Shown: positions 17,149 to 27,596, counted from the first letter of the stretch. The stretch: DNA of 33,953 nucleotides from Prochlorotrichaceae cyanobacterium CTOTU29312 (GCA_031971595.1 DALYGI010000002.1:1-33953); one strand, 5' to 3'. The notes: generated by a model not told the origin, from the sequence alone. A program made the numbers and translations.

Positions 17149-17523
17149 GACACCTTTATTCAAGGACAAGGGGCTTCTAAAGGGGTGCAAGTGGGGCGGG
17201 TTTATGGAATGGACGCTAGTTTGCCCTCCCAAGGGTTGAACCTCGAAACCTTAACTCCAGCGGTTTGGAATGGCAATCATGCCTCTAGGGAGTCTGCACC
17301 GATCATCCTGGTGGCGCAGCAATTAACCCCGGAGGTTTTTCCTTGGTTAACACAGGTTCAGGGGTTGGTGTTGGCGGAAGGGGGAATGACCAGTCATGGG
17401 GCTATTTTGGCGCGGGAACTGGAAATTCCGGCGGTGGTGGGGGTCGGTCTGGCAAATTTGCACTATTTACTCTCCCAATCTTGGTTACGGGTGGATGGGA
17501 CTTTGGGGCGGGTTGAGGTTTTG

Positions 17524-17931
<408 letters not shown>

Positions 17932-18760
17932 AGAGTTGCTTGACATCTTAAGTGGGATTCGCATTTTTGCAACCATCAACCAAGTTACCAGCCTAGGGGC
18001 GTTTCCGGCTTACCCGGTGGAGGGGGTGGGGTTATTACGATCGGAGTGGTTTTGTTTGGATTTGTGGGAGGGGCACCATCCCCAGCATTGGATTACGGAG
18101 GGTCGTCAGGGGGAGTTACAGCGGCGGCTACTCGATCGACTCCAAGGATGTATTCAGATGATTCAGCCCCGATCGTTGTTCTATCGCAGTTTAGATTGTC
18201 GGGCGGCGGAGTTGCAGTCTCTGGTGGGACAAGGGGTTTTTCCGTGGACGGTGGGGGGAACGTTTGCCCATTGTCGTGATCCGAGGGTGTTGGATTTGGA
18301 GTTTGCAGTGCTGCATCAGTTGGATCGGTGTGGTAGTCCTCTGAATCTGGTGTTGCCCATGGTGCGGACGGTGGCAGAGTTTATTTTTTGCCGCGATCGA
18401 TACCGACAGTTTTTAGAGGAGCAAGGTTCACCGGAACCGCTTTCCCTCTGGGTGATGGTAGAAGTCCCCAGTTTATTATGGCAACTGCCTGCCCTCGCGG
18501 AGGCGGGGGTGCAGGGGTTGATCATTGGCCCCGGCGATCTGGCCCACTCTTTGCTCGGCCTCGATCGGGGGCGATCGGGGGGCTTGGTGGAGGAGGTCTA
18601 CCATCCCCTGGTTCACCAAGTCATTTTGAATTTAGTGCAGCAAGCAAACCAACTGCAACTCCCCACCCTGTTGTGTTGTCACACGGAAACCCTTGCCCCA
18701 CCCTATTTAGCCACGTACAAACAGGCCGGGTTATGGGGGATTACGGCGGAGGTGCCCCAT

Positions 18761-19120
18761 TTACGGGCTTGGGCTTTGCAGTTGAGTTCCCAACCGGCTG
18801 CCCAGCCAGTTTAAGTAGGCTTCACTGCCTCCCATCACGGGAATCACTAGAAATTCCGGGAGTTCGTAGGAGTGGAGTGCCCTGAGACGCTCTTCAATGG
18901 CGGGTTTCAAGGCTAAACTGGTTTTCAAGATCAGTTGCCACTCCTCATCCTGTTGGACTTCCCCCTGCCACTCATAAACGGACTGGACGGCAAAAGAGTT
19001 AACGCAGGCGGCCAGCCGTTCTTCCACAAAGACTTTGGCGAGGGTTTGCGCCTCATCGCGGGAACCGACGGTGGTGAGGATCAGCACATAGGGGCAGGCG
19101 GAGGTCAACTCTGGGAACAT
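18761..19120 (-). CDS. cutA: divalent-cation tolerance protein CutA
   Basis: VLILTTVGSRDEAQTLAKVFVEERLAACVN...VYEWQGEV...EWQLILKT...HSYELPEFLVIPV matches the CutA1 pattern. Confidence 0.85.
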   Translation of the reverse strand: MFPELTSACPYVLILTTVGSRDEAQTLAKVFVEERLAACVNSFAVQSVYEWQGEVQQDEEWQLILKTSLALKPAIEERLRALHSYELPEFLVIPVMGGSEAYLNWLGSRLGTQLQSPSP

Positions 19121-19146
19121 AGGGGCATGGGGGCATGGGGGCAGGA

Positions 19147-19986
19147 TTAACGGGCTTCTCTATTGGGGGTTCTCCAAAGGGCATCGGCAACGCGACACAC
19201 CTGTACCATTTCCCGATCGTGAATTCTGAGGATGTCTGCGCCTCCGGCGATCACTTTGCAACAGGCGGCGGCAGTGCCCCACACCCGTTGAGCGGGAATC
19301 GGTTCATTAAGAATCTGGCCGATAAAGCTTTTGCGGGACGGCCCCACTAAGAGAGGGTAACCTAAGGCTTTCAGTTCCGGGAGGTGATGGAGTAATTGGA
19401 GATTGTGGTCAAAGGTTTTGGCAAAGCCAATTCCTGGATCTAAAATAATCTGCTCTGGAGCAATTCCGGCGGCTTTTGCTTGCTGGGCTTGGGTTTGCAA
19501 AAAGGTTTTAACCTCGGCTACCACATCTTGGTAATCCGTGAGGGTCTGCATGGTGGCGGGGGTTCCCCGGATGTGCATGAGGACGATCGGAGCTTGGTAG
19601 TGGGCGGCGATCGTCAACATCTCTGGTTCGTAGGTAGCACCGGAAATATCATTGAGCCAGGTTGCTCCGGCTTCTAGGGCAGCTTGGGCCACAGCGGCGC
19701 GGGTGGTATCAACGGAAATGGGAACGGTCAAACCCGTTGCTCTCAGGGCTTGGATCACGGGAATCACCCGATCGAGTTCTTCCTCAACAGAAATTTGTAC
19801 CGAGCCGGGACGGGTAGATTGTCCCCCCACATCCAGCACATCCACCCCACTGGTAACCAGAGCATGGGCCTGCTCGATCGCCGTTTCTAGGGTATTAAAC
19901 TGGCCCCCATCACTAAAACTATCGGGGGTAATGTTCAAAATTCCCATTACGGTGGTGCGATCGTTAGGAACAACGGAACAAGACAT
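19147..19986 (-). CDS. folP: dihydropteroate synthase
   Basis: GILNITPDSFSDGG, DVGGQSTRPG and LDPGIGFAK motifs. Confidence 0.92.
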   Translation of the reverse strand: MSCSVVPNDRTTVMGILNITPDSFSDGGQFNTLETAIEQAHALVTSGVDVLDVGGQSTRPGSVQISVEEELDRVIPVIQALRATGLTVPISVDTTRAAVAQAALEAGATWLNDISGATYEPEMLTIAAHYQAPIVLMHIRGTPATMQTLTDYQDVVAEVKTFLQTQAQQAKAAGIAPEQIILDPGIGFAKTFDHNLQLLHHLPELKALGYPLLVGPSRKSFIGQILNEPIPAQRVWGTAAACCKVIAGGADILRIHDREMVQVCRVADALWRTPNREAR

Positions 19987-19991
19987 GGCTT

Positions 19992-20022
19992 AATTATGAA
20001 TTATAAATTATGAATTATGAAT
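19992..20022. repeat. heptamer tandem array AATTATG (4+ units)
   Basis: AATTATG AATTATA AATTATG AATTATG AATG.... It spans the folP-ppk spacer and encodes the last ppk codons (HNS*). Confidence 0.8.
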
Positions 20023-22170
20023 GGGTTCTACACTGGCTAGGGTTTGTGCCATCAAAATTTTATGAACCCCCCGATCGTCTTCTTCGGGTTGGGGACGGCG
20101 CTGAATATAACGACCGTCACTTTGTAATTCCCAGGCTTGACGACGATCGTTGAGGAAGAGATTAAGTAAATCCTTGAGTTCCTGTTTTAAGGTCGGGGTA
20201 TCAATGGGAACGACGGCTTCAATGCGTCGGCTTAAGTTGCGGTTCATCCAATCTGCGCTACCAATATAAATCTCGTCTTCGCCATTATTGCCAAAGTAAA
20301 AGATTCGAGAATGCTCTAGAAAACGACCAATGACACTAATAATCCGAATGTTTTCACTCACGCCTTTGAGACCTGGACGCAGACAACACATTCCCCGCAC
20401 AATGAGGTCAATTTGAACCCCGGCTTGAGAGGCTTCATAGAGCTTTTTGATAATTTGAGGATCCACTAAGGAATTCATTTTGGCAATAATGCGACCGGGT
20501 TTATTGTCTAGGGCTAAATCACGCTCCCGTTCGATCATTTCGACCATCCGAGTTCGGAGGTTAATGGGGGCTACCAAAAGACGATCGAAGGATTGATTCC
20601 GGGCATAGCCAGTGAGGTAATTAAATAACTTAATCAGATCCCGACCGAGGCGACCATCACAGCTAAATAACCCCAGATCGGTGTAAAGTTTAGCGGTTTT
20701 AGGGTTGTAATTGCCGGTGCCAATATGAACATATAGCCGAATGGTTTTCTCTTCTTTTCGGACAATTAAAGTAGTTTTAGTATGGGTTTTGAGCCCCACC
20801 AAACCATAGACCACATGGACTCCCGCTTCTTCTAATTTTCGCGCCCAACTAATATTATTGGCCTCATCAAATCGTGCTTTTAATTCCACCAAAGCCACCA
20901 CCTGTTTGCCATTTTCCGCCGCTTCAATCAGCGCATTCACGATCGGAGAGTCGCCAGAGGTGCGATAGAGGGTCATCTTAATCGCTTGAACCTGGGGATC
21001 GTGGGCGGCCTGGGTTACAAATCGCTGTACCGTTGCCGAAAAAGAATGATAAGGATGATGAACTAACACATCTCCTCGCCGAATGGCTGCTAAAATGTCC
21101 TTGCCATTTCTCCAGGTTTCAGGATCCGCATCCGTGGGCTCTGTGAAAACATTCATGGCCGGGGGAACCACCGAAGACCAGCGTTGATCCTTGAGATGGG
21201 GCAGGGGCAGGCTGGTGATATTAAATAAGTCCTTCAGGTTCAAAATTCCCGGCAAACTATAGACATCCTGGGGTTCAACTTCTAACTCCTGCAAGAGTCG
21301 ATCGCGCATTCCAGCGGACATCGTATTTAATACTTCTACACGAACCACTGAGCCGCCTTTCCGTTGCTTACGCAGTTCCTGCTCGATCGCTAATAACAGA
21401 TCATCCGCCTCATCTTCTTCTACGGACAAATCTGCATTGCGAGTCACCCGAAAGGGATGACATTCTAAAATTTCCATGCCGGGGAACAAAGCTGATAAAT
21501 TATTGGCAATAATTTGCTCTAGGGGAACCCCAATCCAGACCGCATTTTTAAACTCTCCCTTATGCTCTAAGGGTAAGGAAACAAAACGGGGATCAAAATC
21601 AACTTTAACTCGCGCAAAGAGTTCTTTTTTCTGCTCGTCATTGGCAAGAATAATACCTAAGTTTAAGCTTTGGTTAGAAATGAAGGGAAAAGGATGGCCC
21701 GGATCCACGGCGAGAGGAGTTAAAACCGGAAAAATTTGTTCTTCAAAGTAATGATGATAGTAGTTTTTTTGTTTATCATCTAACTCCTGATAATTTAAAA
21801 GGTAAATGCCTTCCTTTTTCAGTTCTGGTACAAGAATCTGCTCAAAACAGCGATGTTGATCCTGCACCATCGGATCTAAAACAGTATGAATATCTCGCAA
21901 TTGATCACTAGGGGTACGCCCATCGGGGGTTAGGGTTTCTAAATTTGCTTCTACCTGTTGCTTTAAGCCCGCAACCCGAACCATAAAAAATTCATCTAAG
22001 TTAGAGCTAAAAATGGCCAGAAACTTTAGACGCTCTAAAAGGAGGGTACGATCGTCTTGGGCTTCCCAAAGTACTCGGCGATTAAATTCTAACCAACTCA
22101 ATTCTCGGTTAAAGTAATATTGTGATTCAGTTAGCTCAATGGAGTTTTGCACAGGTTTAGACTTAGGCAT
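20008..22170 (-). CDS. ppk: polyphosphate kinase 1
   Basis: YFNRELSWLEFNRRVL N-terminus, typical 720-aa length, two PLD-like C-terminal domains (HTKTTLIVRKE..., HSRIFYFGN...). Confidence 0.95.
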   Translation of the reverse strand: MPKSKPVQNSIELTESQYYFNRELSWLEFNRRVLWEAQDDRTLLLERLKFLAIFSSNLDEFFMVRVAGLKQQVEANLETLTPDGRTPSDQLRDIHTVLDPMVQDQHRCFEQILVPELKKEGIYLLNYQELDDKQKNYYHHYFEEQIFPVLTPLAVDPGHPFPFISNQSLNLGIILANDEQKKELFARVKVDFDPRFVSLPLEHKGEFKNAVWIGVPLEQIIANNLSALFPGMEILECHPFRVTRNADLSVEEDEADDLLLAIEQELRKQRKGGSVVRVEVLNTMSAGMRDRLLQELEVEPQDVYSLPGILNLKDLFNITSLPLPHLKDQRWSSVVPPAMNVFTEPTDADPETWRNGKDILAAIRRGDVLVHHPYHSFSATVQRFVTQAAHDPQVQAIKMTLYRTSGDSPIVNALIEAAENGKQVVALVELKARFDEANNISWARKLEEAGVHVVYGLVGLKTHTKTTLIVRKEEKTIRLYVHIGTGNYNPKTAKLYTDLGLFSCDGRLGRDLIKLFNYLTGYARNQSFDRLLVAPINLRTRMVEMIERERDLALDNKPGRIIAKMNSLVDPQIIKKLYEASQAGVQIDLIVRGMCCLRPGLKGVSENIRIISVIGRFLEHSRIFYFGNNGEDEIYIGSADWMNRNLSRRIEAVVPIDTPTLKQELKDLLNLFLNDRRQAWELQSDGRYIQRRPQPEEDDRGVHKILMAQTLASVEPIHNS

Positions 22171-22180
22171 AGTTTAAATA

Positions 22181-22222
22181 GTTTTGAGTTTTGGGTTTTG
22201 AGTTTTGAGTTTTGATTTTTGA
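22181..22222. repeat. heptamer tandem array GTTTTGA (6 units)
   Basis: GTTTTGA GTTTTGG GTTTTGA GTTTTGA GTTTTGA TTTTTGA. Confidence 0.9.
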
Positions 22223-22252
22223 TTGGAATTGAATCAAATTGAATTAAAAAAA

Positions 22253-22714
22253 TTATAAATATTTTTGAACGACAGCCCATCCACTCCAAGAGACTAAAGC
22301 CAGGGCAAAAAACAGTCCACCATTGATAAAAACATGCAGGGTACGGGCAGATTCATTACCATTAATGATTTGTCCAGCGGTGACGGCGGAAGCTAACACT
22401 AACCCCACCACTAATAACCCTAGGGGCAGGTGAACCGAATGCCCTAAGTTACCATAGTGTCCCACGGTTCCCACTAAGCCAATGAGGAGTAAGAGCAGAA
22501 CGAGGAGTAACAGGGCAACCCCGGAGAGGCGATGGAGAAAGCTAAGCCCCCCTAAAACCAAGACCGTGCGGCTAGAATCGGAATCCGTACCCAGTGAGCA
22601 TCGGGTACGAGCGATGTGCCACCCCGTAACGGCTTGAATGCCATAGCACAGCAGTGTAAAGCCCATCGACCACGCCGCAATGCGCCACAACCAGAGGAAG
22701 GAGGGAAGATTCAA
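22253..22714 (-). CDS. polytopic membrane protein, DUF4079-like
   Basis: Four hydrophobic segments with conserved-looking His residues. The family call is from memory of cyanobacterial DUF4079 and is tentative. Confidence 0.5.
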   Translation of the reverse strand: MNLPSFLWLWRIAAWSMGFTLLCYGIQAVTGWHIARTRCSLGTDSDSSRTVLVLGGLSFLHRLSGVALLLLVLLLLLIGLVGTVGHYGNLGHSVHLPLGLLVVGLVLASAVTAGQIINGNESARTLHVFINGGLFFALALVSWSGWAVVQKYL

Positions 22715-22801
22715 AGCAATACCTTTTAAGCAGAAGCTCCGAAATTGATTGCAAGAGCAGTCTACCGTGATTTAGGGGCAATGAGGTTAGGCTTTGGTAA
22801 A

Positions 22802-22829
22802 GTTTTGAGTTTTGAGTTTTGAGTTTTGA
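22802..22829. repeat. heptamer tandem array GTTTTGA (4 units)
   Basis: Direct reading. Confidence 0.9.
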
Positions 22830-22840
22830 GTGTAAACGAA

Positions 22841-23251
22841 TCAGTGTGGAGAGTTTTCTGGGCTCAGACGAGCGATCAGGGCTTCAACCCTTACCCTAAT
22901 CTCATCCCGCACCCGAGGAAAAATTTCTGGCTGTTCTGCGGGATCATCCAATTGCCAATCGTCAAAAAACTCTGTGGTGAGCCATTCTACAGGCAGGCTA
23001 ACGCCGCACCCACAGAGGGAAATCACTACATCAAAATCTTCCGGCTTAAATTCACTCAGGGCATTAGAAGTCTGATTCCCAATATCAATGCCCACCTCCC
23101 GCATAGCAATGATCGCTTCAGGTCTGACGCTACTAGCCTCTAAACCTGAACTGGTCACCAGAATTTTGCCTTCACCCAAGGCTTTAGCAAACCCCTCCGC
23201 CATTTGCGATCGGGCAGAGTTCTTTTTGCAGACAAACATGACTTTTTTCAT
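22841..23251 (-). CDS. arsC: arsenate reductase, LMW-PTP type (Synechocystis-like ArsC)
   Basis: MKKVMFVCKKNSARSQMAEG (CX5R P-loop) and SLCGCG Cys pair. The 39 extra N-terminal residues of track ORF 22841-23368 translate the heptamer array and overlap arsH, so I use the ATG at 23251. Confidence 0.85.
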   Translation of the reverse strand: MKKVMFVCKKNSARSQMAEGFAKALGEGKILVTSSGLEASSVRPEAIIAMREVGIDIGNQTSNALSEFKPEDFDVVISLCGCGVSLPVEWLTTEFFDDWQLDDPAEQPEIFPRVRDEIRVRVEALIARLSPENSPH

Positions 23252-23287
23252 AGGAAATAGGGGGTAGGGAATGGGGAATGGGGAGGA

Positions 23288-23315
23288 GTTTTGAATGATG
23301 AGTTTTGAGTTTTGA
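23288..23315. repeat. heptamer array GTTTTGA (3 units plus one divergent unit) in the arsH-arsC spacer
   Basis: GTTTTGA ATGATGA GTTTTGA GTTTTGA. Confidence 0.8.
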
Positions 23316-23339
23316 GTTAGGGAGGATTGGTTGGGAATG

Positions 23340-23960
23340 TTAACTGGATTCTTGTGCTTTGCGCTCACTGTGGCGATCGGTGAGATAGCCCACCTTATCC
23401 CGTAGCAGTAGGGTGAATTTATAGAGTTCTTCCATCACATCCACAACCCGATCGCGATAGGGGGAATCCCTCATAGTGCCGTCTTCGTTAAATTCCAGAT
23501 AGGCTTTGGCCACGGAGGATTGGTTGGGAATGGTGAACATCCGCATCCAGCGCCCCAGAATTCGCAGCGTGTTCACAGCATTAAATGATTGGGAACCGCC
23601 ACTCACCTGCATGACGGCCAGGGTTTTTCCCTGGGTAGGACGGATAGAGCCGATATTGAGGGGAATCCAATCGATTTGGTTCTTTAAAATGCCGGTGAGG
23701 TTGCCGTGCATTTCCGGCGACGACCAGACTTGCCCCTCTGACCATTGGCTGAGTTCCCGCAGTTCTTGCACTTTGGGATGGCTTTCGTCCACTAATCCCC
23801 GCAGGGGGAGGTCATGGGGATGGAAGAATTTCACCTCTGCCCCCATTTCGGTAATGATGCGGGCCGCTTCTTCCGCTAATAAACGACTGTAGGAACGCTC
23901 CCGCAGGGAACCGTATAAAAATAGAATGCGGGGGGGATGCTCAAAGGTTGGCGTTGCCAT
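23340..23960 (-). CDS. arsH: NADPH-dependent FMN reductase ArsH
   Basis: [23 protein letters not shown] and the rest of the ArsH-type flavodoxin-like fold pattern. Located between acr3 and arsC. Confidence 0.9.
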   Translation of the reverse strand: MATPTFEHPPRILFLYGSLRERSYSRLLAEEAARIITEMGAEVKFFHPHDLPLRGLVDESHPKVQELRELSQWSEGQVWSSPEMHGNLTGILKNQIDWIPLNIGSIRPTQGKTLAVMQVSGGSQSFNAVNTLRILGRWMRMFTIPNQSSVAKAYLEFNEDGTMRDSPYRDRVVDVMEELYKFTLLLRDKVGYLTDRHSERKAQESS

Positions 23961-23965
23961 TGTTA

Positions 23966-25123
<1,158 letters not shown>

Positions 25124-25182
25124 GGTTCACTGCTCCGCTTGGGACTGGCTAGCGAGGGGCTAGGCTCGATCGCTTCTCTATT

Positions 25183-25210
25183 ATCATTTCAAGATTGGTT
25201 GATTTGTCAA
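25183..25210 (-). promoter_or_regulatory. candidate acr3-arsH-arsC promoter/ArsR operator region
   Basis: Minus-strand TTGACA (25205-25210) is followed by ...TGATAAT. Overlapping dyads are ATCA-N13-TGAT (25183-25203) and TTGA-TTTG-TCAA (25199-25210). TCATTTCAAGATTGG resembles the E. coli ArsR site TCAT-N7-TTTG. Confidence 0.3.
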
Positions 25211-25401
25211 GTCGTCTGGATGAGATGAAGTCACGATTGAGTTTTCAAAGGTTATAGCGCTAGCCTGGTGTTGAATTTATAAAATCAAATCAATAATAGT
25301 TGTTCTGTTTGGGCGATCGGTGTCCCCCTCTCCATACCCTGGGCACTTGGGGTAAACTATACGGGAGATCAAACCAGTGGCGATCGTCCCCCCTAAACCT
25401 G

Positions 25402-25600
25402 ATGGCTCAGAAAACCGCATTGCTCATTGGTGTAACCGAATACGGCGAGGGCATCCCCAATTGTCCTGGGATGAAGCCATAGCGTTTTGTCAGCGTCTCT
25501 CAGAGCGATCGGGAAAACCCTAGACCACTGGCATGATAATTATCAAGGCGCACCCACGGATGGATCGTCTCTAGGTAATTTTCCGACAGAAAAGGAGTAG
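25402..25600 (+). pseudogene. shredded remnant of a caspase-domain / FGE-sulfatase-domain gene
   Basis: Three fragments lie in different frames. MAQKTALLIGVTEYGEGIP is like a caspase/peptidase C14 N-terminus. WDEAIAFCQRLSERSGKP* is FGE-like. HWHDNYQGAPTDGSSLG...* is also FGE-like. Confidence 0.5.
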
Positions 25601-25678
25601 GAAGACTTTGATGCGTTAGCTTCTTCCTTGTCTTGACAGAGTGGCTATGATACTTTGAGATAATTAATTATGTTGAAA

Positions 25679-25775
25679 TACTCCCTTCCTGAGTCTAAAA
25701 TTACCTATGAAAAACGGGCGTAAGCCTTGCTGTTACGTGATCGGGCTACGGTATTCTTCTGGAAGGAAGGGAGTA
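25679..25775 (+). repeat. perfect 11-bp inverted repeat with 75-nt spacer, upstream of the orphan cassette
   Basis: TACTCCCTTCC (25679-25689) pairs with GGAAGGGAGTA (25765-25775). It is flanked by the 14-nt direct repeat TGATACTTTGAGAT at 25648-25661 and 25811-25824. Confidence 0.7.
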
Positions 25776-25835
25776 GTTAGACTGCTAAACCGATGTATCC
25801 TGTATTGACTTGATACTTTGAGATTGGAATAACTA

Positions 25836-26273
25836 ATGTGTACTCTGCAAGACGAGCCAATTTTAATTGATAGCCAGAAAGACCCTCCAATTACCTATAA
25901 GGTGCGATCGGTACATCGCAGAAGAGGAAATGCAAACAAATCGATATGGACAATAAAAATCCCTGAAGAAGTTGAGTGTTTTAGACAAACATACACCTCC
26001 CTTTGGCTTGAAGAGACTAAAGGATGGGGACTTAAGCTTTCTGCTACATCTCAGTTGGAAGAAGTAGGGGTTTCAGATCAAGGTCAAATTCTTAAGATTG
26101 CAAAATTCAGAGATGATGAAGCTGATGGCGTTTGGCATGGTTACCCAGCCAATTACTGTTATAAACCTCAGGACAAGCCATCTAAAAAGATTCTTCTAAA
26201 GTGGTTAGAGGCTGGACTCATTGATAAAACTCAGAAAAGTAGAATATCCCAGGGGAAGTTATGCAACCTTTAA
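25836..26273 (+). CDS. orphan 145-aa protein (cassette gene 1)
   Basis: AT-rich ORF whose last 13 nt overlap the start of the next ORF. No family recognised. Conserved-looking C-terminal stretch DGVWHGYPANYCYKPQDKPSKKILLKWLEAGLI. Confidence 0.55.
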   Translation: MCTLQDEPILIDSQKDPPITYKVRSVHRRRGNANKSIWTIKIPEEVECFRQTYTSLWLEETKGWGLKLSATSQLEEVGVSDQGQILKIAKFRDDEADGVWHGYPANYCYKPQDKPSKKILLKWLEAGLIDKTQKSRISQGKLCNL

Positions 26274-27490
26274 AAGTTAGTATTGAAGGTGATTTTTGGG
26301 ATTGTCAAATTTACCGAGGTCGTCTATATGCCTTTTACATGGACGGCTCATTAGCAGTTTATGACTGGAACAAAATAATTACCTCTCTTCACAATCAAGT
26401 TGAAGACTCGTTACCCATTGATTGTGCATTTAGAAGAGGTAATTATCTGTACGGTTCTCAGATTAAGGAGTTATTTAACTATCATAGTTTTAAACAGTAT
26501 CTTATTGAACGTTTCAACCAATACACTGAGCAAACTTTCGTCATAGAAAATTCAAAATTATCGGATTTTGAGCTTATTCGTTTGGATAACCCTTTTGTAG
26601 AACTTCCTAATGATACTGAAATTTTCGATAATAAGTTATATGCAGTAACAGATTCAGGATTTTCAAAAATTAGTGTTCACACTCGAAATCCTTTAGGTAA
26701 ACGTGTAACCAAATTCTCGGATGGTTTATTTATTGCCCTAAAAGCATCCAAGGGAACGCTAGCCTTGTCTGGAGGGGATGAAGGATTATTTGAGTTTCAT
26801 ATTCAATCTTCAGGAAAGTTCAAAGAACTGTTCACTGAGATTGAGAAAGATGCTCGACTTGAAAAAATTGAGAACAATCTATTTAGACTAAGCTCGCAGC
26901 ATTCTTCTTTTGTTAATTGGTCTTTTGCTAGTCTTTATAGCTCTTCCTATGTTTCACCCTCTTTTCTGGCTGCATTTGGGTGGAGAGAAGAAAAGGAAGA
27001 AGACAAGAAAATCTACAAAAGAGAGTTTAAAGGTGTTTTTTCTCAATCTGAAATTTTTACAGATGAGATAAGCTTTTGCTGGGGATTACAAGAGAAGATT
27101 TATAAAGCTGATACTCAGAATCGCAGAATTGATGTCGTTTCATATATTCAAAGTTCTATAAAGTTTGATTTCTTAGACTCTATTCAACTTGAGCAATGGC
27201 AAGGTGATATTATCGGTGGGGGGACAGCTTACTTTGGTGTGATTATTGAATTAGAAAACTCGATCGTTGTTGTAACGAGCAATAATAATATAATCACCAT
27301 TCCCAGAACTGCAAGCAGGTGGAGAGTTTACCCTCGATCTAGAAACTATGAAAATCATTTACATATTATTACAGATCAATACTTAGAAGTATATTCCTTT
27401 AATCACGATTATTTCGTATCTCAGGACAATAAGGTAGCTGGCATAAGGTATGTAGATGATTACAAGCGTTCCTGGACAAAAGTAGCTTAG
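26261..27490 (+). CDS. orphan 409-aa protein (cassette gene 2)
   Basis: A long ORF in roughly 30-38% GC DNA is unlikely to be open by chance. A purine-rich AGGGGAAG precedes the ATG at 26261. No Walker A, nuclease or other motif recognised. Repeated beta-strand-like segments (GRLYAFYMDGSLAVYDW, NKLYAVTDSGFSKISV, GTLALSGGDEGLFEF). Confidence 0.7.
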   Translation: MQPLKVSIEGDFWDCQIYRGRLYAFYMDGSLAVYDWNKIITSLHNQVEDSLPIDCAFRRGNYLYGSQIKELFNYHSFKQYLIERFNQYTEQTFVIENSKLSDFELIRLDNPFVELPNDTEIFDNKLYAVTDSGFSKISVHTRNPLGKRVTKFSDGLFIALKASKGTLALSGGDEGLFEFHIQSSGKFKELFTEIEKDARLEKIENNLFRLSSQHSSFVNWSFASLYSSSYVSPSFLAAFGWREEKEEDKKIYKREFKGVFSQSEIFTDEISFCWGLQEKIYKADTQNRRIDVVSYIQSSIKFDFLDSIQLEQWQGDIIGGGTAYFGVIIELENSIVVVTSNNNIITIPRTASRWRVYPRSRNYENHLHIITDQYLEVYSFNHDYFVSQDNKVAGIRYVDDYKRSWTKVA

Positions 27491-27596
27491 TGTGATCGCT
27501 CAACTGTTTTATCTTTTTTGCTCCGGTTTCAAATCAGAAAAATTGTTGGATAGTCGTAGATACGAACAACGATCGCTTTTGTATGGGGATCGCTTG

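Noticed and set aside
18761-18814. 54-bp convergent overlap of the cutA and PEP-synthase-like 3' ends as something functional.
   Set aside because: The overlap involves only unconserved-looking C-terminal tails of both ORFs. It is probably incidental, so I did not pursue it.
23252-23368. N-terminal 39-aa extension of the arsC ORF in the track (start 23368).
   Set aside because: It translates the heptamer array and overlaps the arsH 3' end. The conserved LMW-PTP N-terminus begins at MKKVMFVC (ATG 23251).
25300-25482. 60-aa track ORF as a real small gene.
   Set aside because: Its C-terminal half is the caspase-like N-terminal fragment of the decayed gene, and its N-terminal half has no coding signal. 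It is better explained as a pseudogene remnant.
26140-26160. The WHGYP motif of the 145-aa orphan as the catalytic His of an H-Y-E ADP-ribosyltransferase, or as an RNase T1/Sa-like YxEYP motif.
   Set aside because: Only about 37 residues follow the motif, too few for an ART fold. The catalytic Glu of the RNase motif is absent. The resemblance is too short to support a call.
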